From positions 1 through 46,074 of IMG/VR virus record IMGVR_UViG_3300024222_000034: DNA of 46,074 nt; one strand, given 5' to 3'. Below, piece by piece: positions 43,232-46,074 of the stretch. The stretch is from a virus. Its lineage: Duplodnaviria; Caudoviricetes. The notes under the pieces were generated by a model. That model was not told the origin of the DNA, ran no database searches, and worked only from the letters and a program-made list of their open reading frames with translations. The number at the start of each line of letters is the position of its first letter. Within the stretch, counting starts at the first letter, position 1. Made by a program: the position numbers and the translations under genes.

Positions 43232-43435
43232 TTATTTATCAGTTTTAATAAAATCATAAGGCAAATACCCAGCGGCCTTTAAGAGCGATATTTTGCAAGC
43301 CTCTAATAAAAACAACGAAGTGGCCAATGTTAGGTTTCTGTCTTTTTCTGGTGTGATTAGAACGCTCCCCTCAGAAGTGCCGTATAACCAACTCCCATCG
43401 TCGTTTTTACCCGGAAAATCTATAATATCTGCCAT
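43232..43435 (-). CDS. Hypothetical protein
   Basis: AGGAGG SD; MADIIDFPGK start. Confidence 0.65.
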   Translation of the reverse strand: MADIIDFPGKNDDGSWLYGTSEGSVLITPEKDRNLTLATSLFLLEACKISLLKAAGYLPYDFIKTDK

Positions 43436-43445
43436 ACACCCTCCT

Positions 43446-43718
43446 TTAAAATGTTATCCCAAGCAATCTATCTACTTTAGCCATTAGCTCCTGTTCAGTG
43501 CCGTAAATTTGCTGCCACCGTTTTCTGCCAAGCGTGTGAATCCCTTGCTTTCCTTGGTGGTGTTCGTGACACAACGGGGCAACTTTATCATGGTCTTTAC
43601 GCCCCCCCATACCAGTTCCGCAATGATGTATGCTTGCCGTTGCTCCGCATAAAACACAGCCTAACGCTCTCATTTTTTCCCACTTTGCTTTTTGCTCCTT
43701 TGTCGGCGCGTTGCTCAT
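43446..43718 (-). CDS. Ref-like / DUF968 HNH nuclease
   Basis: LGCVLCG...IHH...G.G.R..H....PLC..HHQG..GIH..G...W...YGTE.EL. Confidence 0.85.
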   Translation of the reverse strand: MSNAPTKEQKAKWEKMRALGCVLCGATASIHHCGTGMGGRKDHDKVAPLCHEHHQGKQGIHTLGRKRWQQIYGTEQELMAKVDRLLGITF

Positions 43719-43737
43719 AGTATGTTGCTTGTGGTGG

Positions 43738-44736
43738 TCATGCAGCGAACCCAACTTTTTTCTTATTAGGCGCATTGTTAGAATCTGGCGGCTTTAGACG
43801 CATACTAGAAAGCCGGTCAATAGCTTCCTCAGCGCTGTACCCAAGGCATTTCGTGAGGATTAAAAGCTCACGCAAGTGGGCGATAGAAAAGTCTTTGGAA
43901 TTATCAACCAAATAATCAAGCTCCTTTTTCTCCCATTTTGATTCTCTTGCTTTCAAGTAAGCCCTGCGCGCGTCTGCCGAAGGCATTCCTATCCAAACGA
44001 TTGTATCAAAACGCGATGGCCTGTCTACAAAGCGGCGGTCAAGGCGTTCAGGATAATTGGTGGTTGCCACATAAACGATGTTATCCACTTGCGATTCGCC
44101 ATCAAGCAGCGCCAAGTATTCAGATTCACCATGCCGGTCAACTAGCGCGTCTATATCTTCCATAACCGCCACAATTTGGCGCTCTGGCTCAACCCTGCGA
44201 ATCATCTGCAAAGCCAGCACAGAGTTTTGCGGGTGTTCGACTTGAAGTGCTACGCCATTGTGCTTATCAACCAAAAGACTCAATACCTGCTGCACCGTAC
44301 AGGTCTTGCCGCTGCCCGGAGGCCCCCATAACAGCACGCCACGTTTATGCAATAGGCCTCGGCTTTTAAAGTTTAGCGCCAAATCACGGAATTTCGCTAT
44401 CTCATCAACCACCCGATTGCTTTGCGAATCAGGCAGGCGCAATAGCTGGTCACTCGACAACTTCATTTTTTGGATAGTAATTCCTATCTGCGTCATAACG
44501 GGGCGATAAAAGCCAGAAGGTATTTTGTTACAGGCAACGCCAACCGATATGTAAGAGTCGTCCTTTAATTGACCCCATGCAGCATAGTCACCAGCGAAAC
44601 CTAAACTATCTGGAGATTGATATGAAGCTGGAACAGCCTGCTCAAGACCACCCTGCGTTTTGCCGGTATAATTCCCCCTATCAGGAGAGTTGCTAACCTT
44701 ACCAAAAAATTCCTGTAATTTCTTATCACCCATCAC
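43738..44736 (-). CDS. AAA+ ATPase (classical clade, BCS1-like)
   Basis: KRGVLLWGPPGSGKT (Walker A), VMEDID (Walker B), TTN.PE.LD....RPSRFD (SRH). Confidence 0.92.
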   Translation of the reverse strand: MMGDKKLQEFFGKVSNSPDRGNYTGKTQGGLEQAVPASYQSPDSLGFAGDYAAWGQLKDDSYISVGVACNKIPSGFYRPVMTQIGITIQKMKLSSDQLLRLPDSQSNRVVDEIAKFRDLALNFKSRGLLHKRGVLLWGPPGSGKTCTVQQVLSLLVDKHNGVALQVEHPQNSVLALQMIRRVEPERQIVAVMEDIDALVDRHGESEYLALLDGESQVDNIVYVATTNYPERLDRRFVDRPSRFDTIVWIGMPSADARRAYLKARESKWEKKELDYLVDNSKDFSIAHLRELLILTKCLGYSAEEAIDRLSSMRLKPPDSNNAPNKKKVGFAA

Positions 44737-44828
44737 ACCCTCGCTTCCGTTGTTTGCTCACCCGGTAGCGGCAACGGATAACCCCTGCTTGCCATTTCCG
44801 CGCATATCGCTGTAGTAAATTCACTCAT
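44733..44828 (-). pseudogene. 31-aa mini-ORF resembling a NinB C-terminus (displaced gene end)
   Basis: MSEFTTAICAEMASRGYPLPLPGE aligns with IEDFMTKIRAWAAPF-KQLPFPNE of the upstream ninB-like gene. Confidence 0.55.
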
Positions 44829-45478
44829 TTATGCCCCCTGATTTTGTGTTTTACTGCCACGTTATCGCCCCATCCCTTTTTGAGTCTTTCGCATACTGTT
44901 GTGGATTTAATCTTATATTTTTCACATGCGGCTGATAAAACCATCGGCCCTTCTTCTAATAATAAAATTCTACTATTTCTTTTGTTCCTTCCTTGTTCGA
45001 TACTTGTGGCCCACTTGCAATTAAGCTTGCAATAATCGCCGTCATTATTAATTCTTTCAATACTGTGTTTTGCAAACGGCCTCAAACCCATATCTCTAAG
45101 AAAATTAGAAAAATTACTCCACTCATCACAAACCTCTATCCCTCTACCGCCGTAATTCTTATACGATTTATCCTTTTTATTCCCGCATCTGGTGTGCATA
45201 CCGGCCCAACTTCTGTATTCAGGGGACTGCTTAGAATTTATATAGTGACCGTGTTTTATATTTCTTGAAAAGGAAATCTCCCTTGAAAGACACCCGCAGC
45301 TCTTACTTTTGCCATACACCACCGACCCAGCATGCACAAAAAGTTTATTCCCACAATCACAGGCGCAGAAAAATCTTGCTGGTGTTTTTCCGCAACCATT
45401 AACATAAGACAATATAAAAAATCTGCCAAACCTCTGCCCAACCATTTCTTTCTTGCTTCTTGTCATAAAGTCATTCAT
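44825..45478 (-). CDS. Free-standing HNH homing endonuclease (Cys-rich type)
   Basis: G.RFGR..C.CDCG...S.SCGCL; Y.SW..M..RC...Y.NYGGRGI.VC..W..F..F..DMG.RP...SIERI.NDG.Y...NC.WAT..EQ..N. Confidence 0.92.
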   Translation of the reverse strand: MNDFMTRSKKEMVGQRFGRFFILSYVNGCGKTPARFFCACDCGNKLFVHAGSVVYGKSKSCGCLSREISFSRNIKHGHYINSKQSPEYRSWAGMHTRCGNKKDKSYKNYGGRGIEVCDEWSNFSNFLRDMGLRPFAKHSIERINNDGDYCKLNCKWATSIEQGRNKRNSRILLLEEGPMVLSAACEKYKIKSTTVCERLKKGWGDNVAVKHKIRGHK

Positions 45479-45884
45479 TCGGAAACGGCAACTGTTTAAA
45501 CGGCGCAGCCCACGCTCTAATTTTAGTCATAAAATCTTCAATCTGAATTGTAGTATATTCTCTGGTAGATACAAGCTCTTCCGTTACTTTTCCATCCGGC
45601 GCGGTGACTTTTTTCTTCAGCCCGAAACGACTTTTAAGTTGCTGCTTTACCTCGTCATTGGTATAATCATTACCCACTTCGTGGTACATATCCATTACCG
45701 CATCCATAAACGCCCCGTGGAAAAAACTATTTTGCGCCCGTGACCTTTGCTTAACGTATTGCCCTATCGTTATTGATATTTCCTTGCCTATCGTCCTCGC
45801 AGCGTAGCAAAGTATTTCGTTTAATGCCCTTTCAGGTATGCGCCCGTATTTAGTTACTTGGGTGATGATGGTTTTACTTTTCAT
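45471..45884 (-). CDS. NinB-like / DUF1367 recombination protein
   Basis: RS.AQN...H; ..VK..LK..F; ST..YT.....F...I..W.......P.P. Confidence 0.75.
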   Translation of the reverse strand: MKSKTIITQVTKYGRIPERALNEILCYAARTIGKEISITIGQYVKQRSRAQNSFFHGAFMDAVMDMYHEVGNDYTNDEVKQQLKSRFGLKKKVTAPDGKVTEELVSTREYTTIQIEDFMTKIRAWAAPFKQLPFPNE

Positions 45885-46074
45885 TACTCGCTTTCAGGCC
45901 GCATGAAGGGAACACCTTTTCGTGCTAGTATTCTTAACGGGCCGTGTCTGTTAAAATGTTCTGGTATCCCGTCAGGGCCAATCTCAAATATTGTCGCATC
46001 ATCCATTACAACATCACCCGCAATAGGCTCAAGCAAATGAACGCTGTCGGGGCTAATTGTAAATTTTTGTTCAG
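45884..46074 (-). CDS. 3' part of the junction-spanning hypothetical protein
   Basis: In frame with 13-295; ends ...PFMRPESE* at 45884. Confidence 0.8.
   Translation of the reverse strand, partial: EQKFTISPDSVHLLEPIAGDVVMDDATIFEIGPDGIPEHFNRHGPLRILARKGVPFMRPESE
45949..46074. repeat. Terminal direct repeat (right copy)
   Basis: Identical to 13-138. Confidence 0.95.

Noticed and set aside
45858-46040. + strand ORFs 45858-46040 and 194-382
   Set aside because: Antisense to the junction-spanning and NrdR-like genes
1-46074. Alternative genetic code or prophage context
   Set aside because: Long genes are intact under the standard code; no host flanks, att-like context or integrase

Overview
The window is essentially a complete, circularly assembled genome (about 45.9 kb) of a dsDNA tailed phage. 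Bases 13-138 are repeated exactly at 45949-46074, and an intact ORF reads through that junction. The gene content implies a podovirus: TerS/TerL, portal, GroES, scaffold, 307-aa major capsid protein, adaptor, nozzle, three ejection proteins and a holin-spanin-endolysin cassette, with no tape measure or sheath gene. An alphaproteobacterial host is suggested only weakly, by ANDN/VTANDF peptide ends and a WQxxLA-type HTH. Nearly all genes are on the - strand; one + strand early/recombination operon (about 3.8-8.1 kb) carries ERF, an SSB-like gene and small ORFs. I see no integrase, DNA polymerase, primase, helicase, tRNA or CRISPR array. The most notable feature is a 6.8-kb glycan-building operon between terL and the portal: KpsS/C-like GT, GT8/CDI-like GT, GT2, epimerase, cytidylyltransferase, cupin, methyltransferase, and a GT-A + Maf/DUF115 fusion. 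It co-occurs with Ser/Thr/Ala-rich surface proteins carrying a recurring (V/I/L)-S-(A/G) motif, which suggests a phage-encoded virion O-glycosylation system with its own sequon. Other points: three fibre paralogues share an N-terminal anchor motif; a stand-alone ~120-nt structured RNA; a hairpin-dense non-coding block; apparent absence of GATC; a homing-endonuclease insertion that left a duplicate ninB 3' end; a gene nested in the portal; and an NrdR zinc ribbon without its ATP-cone. All family assignments come from motif recognition by eye, not database searches.
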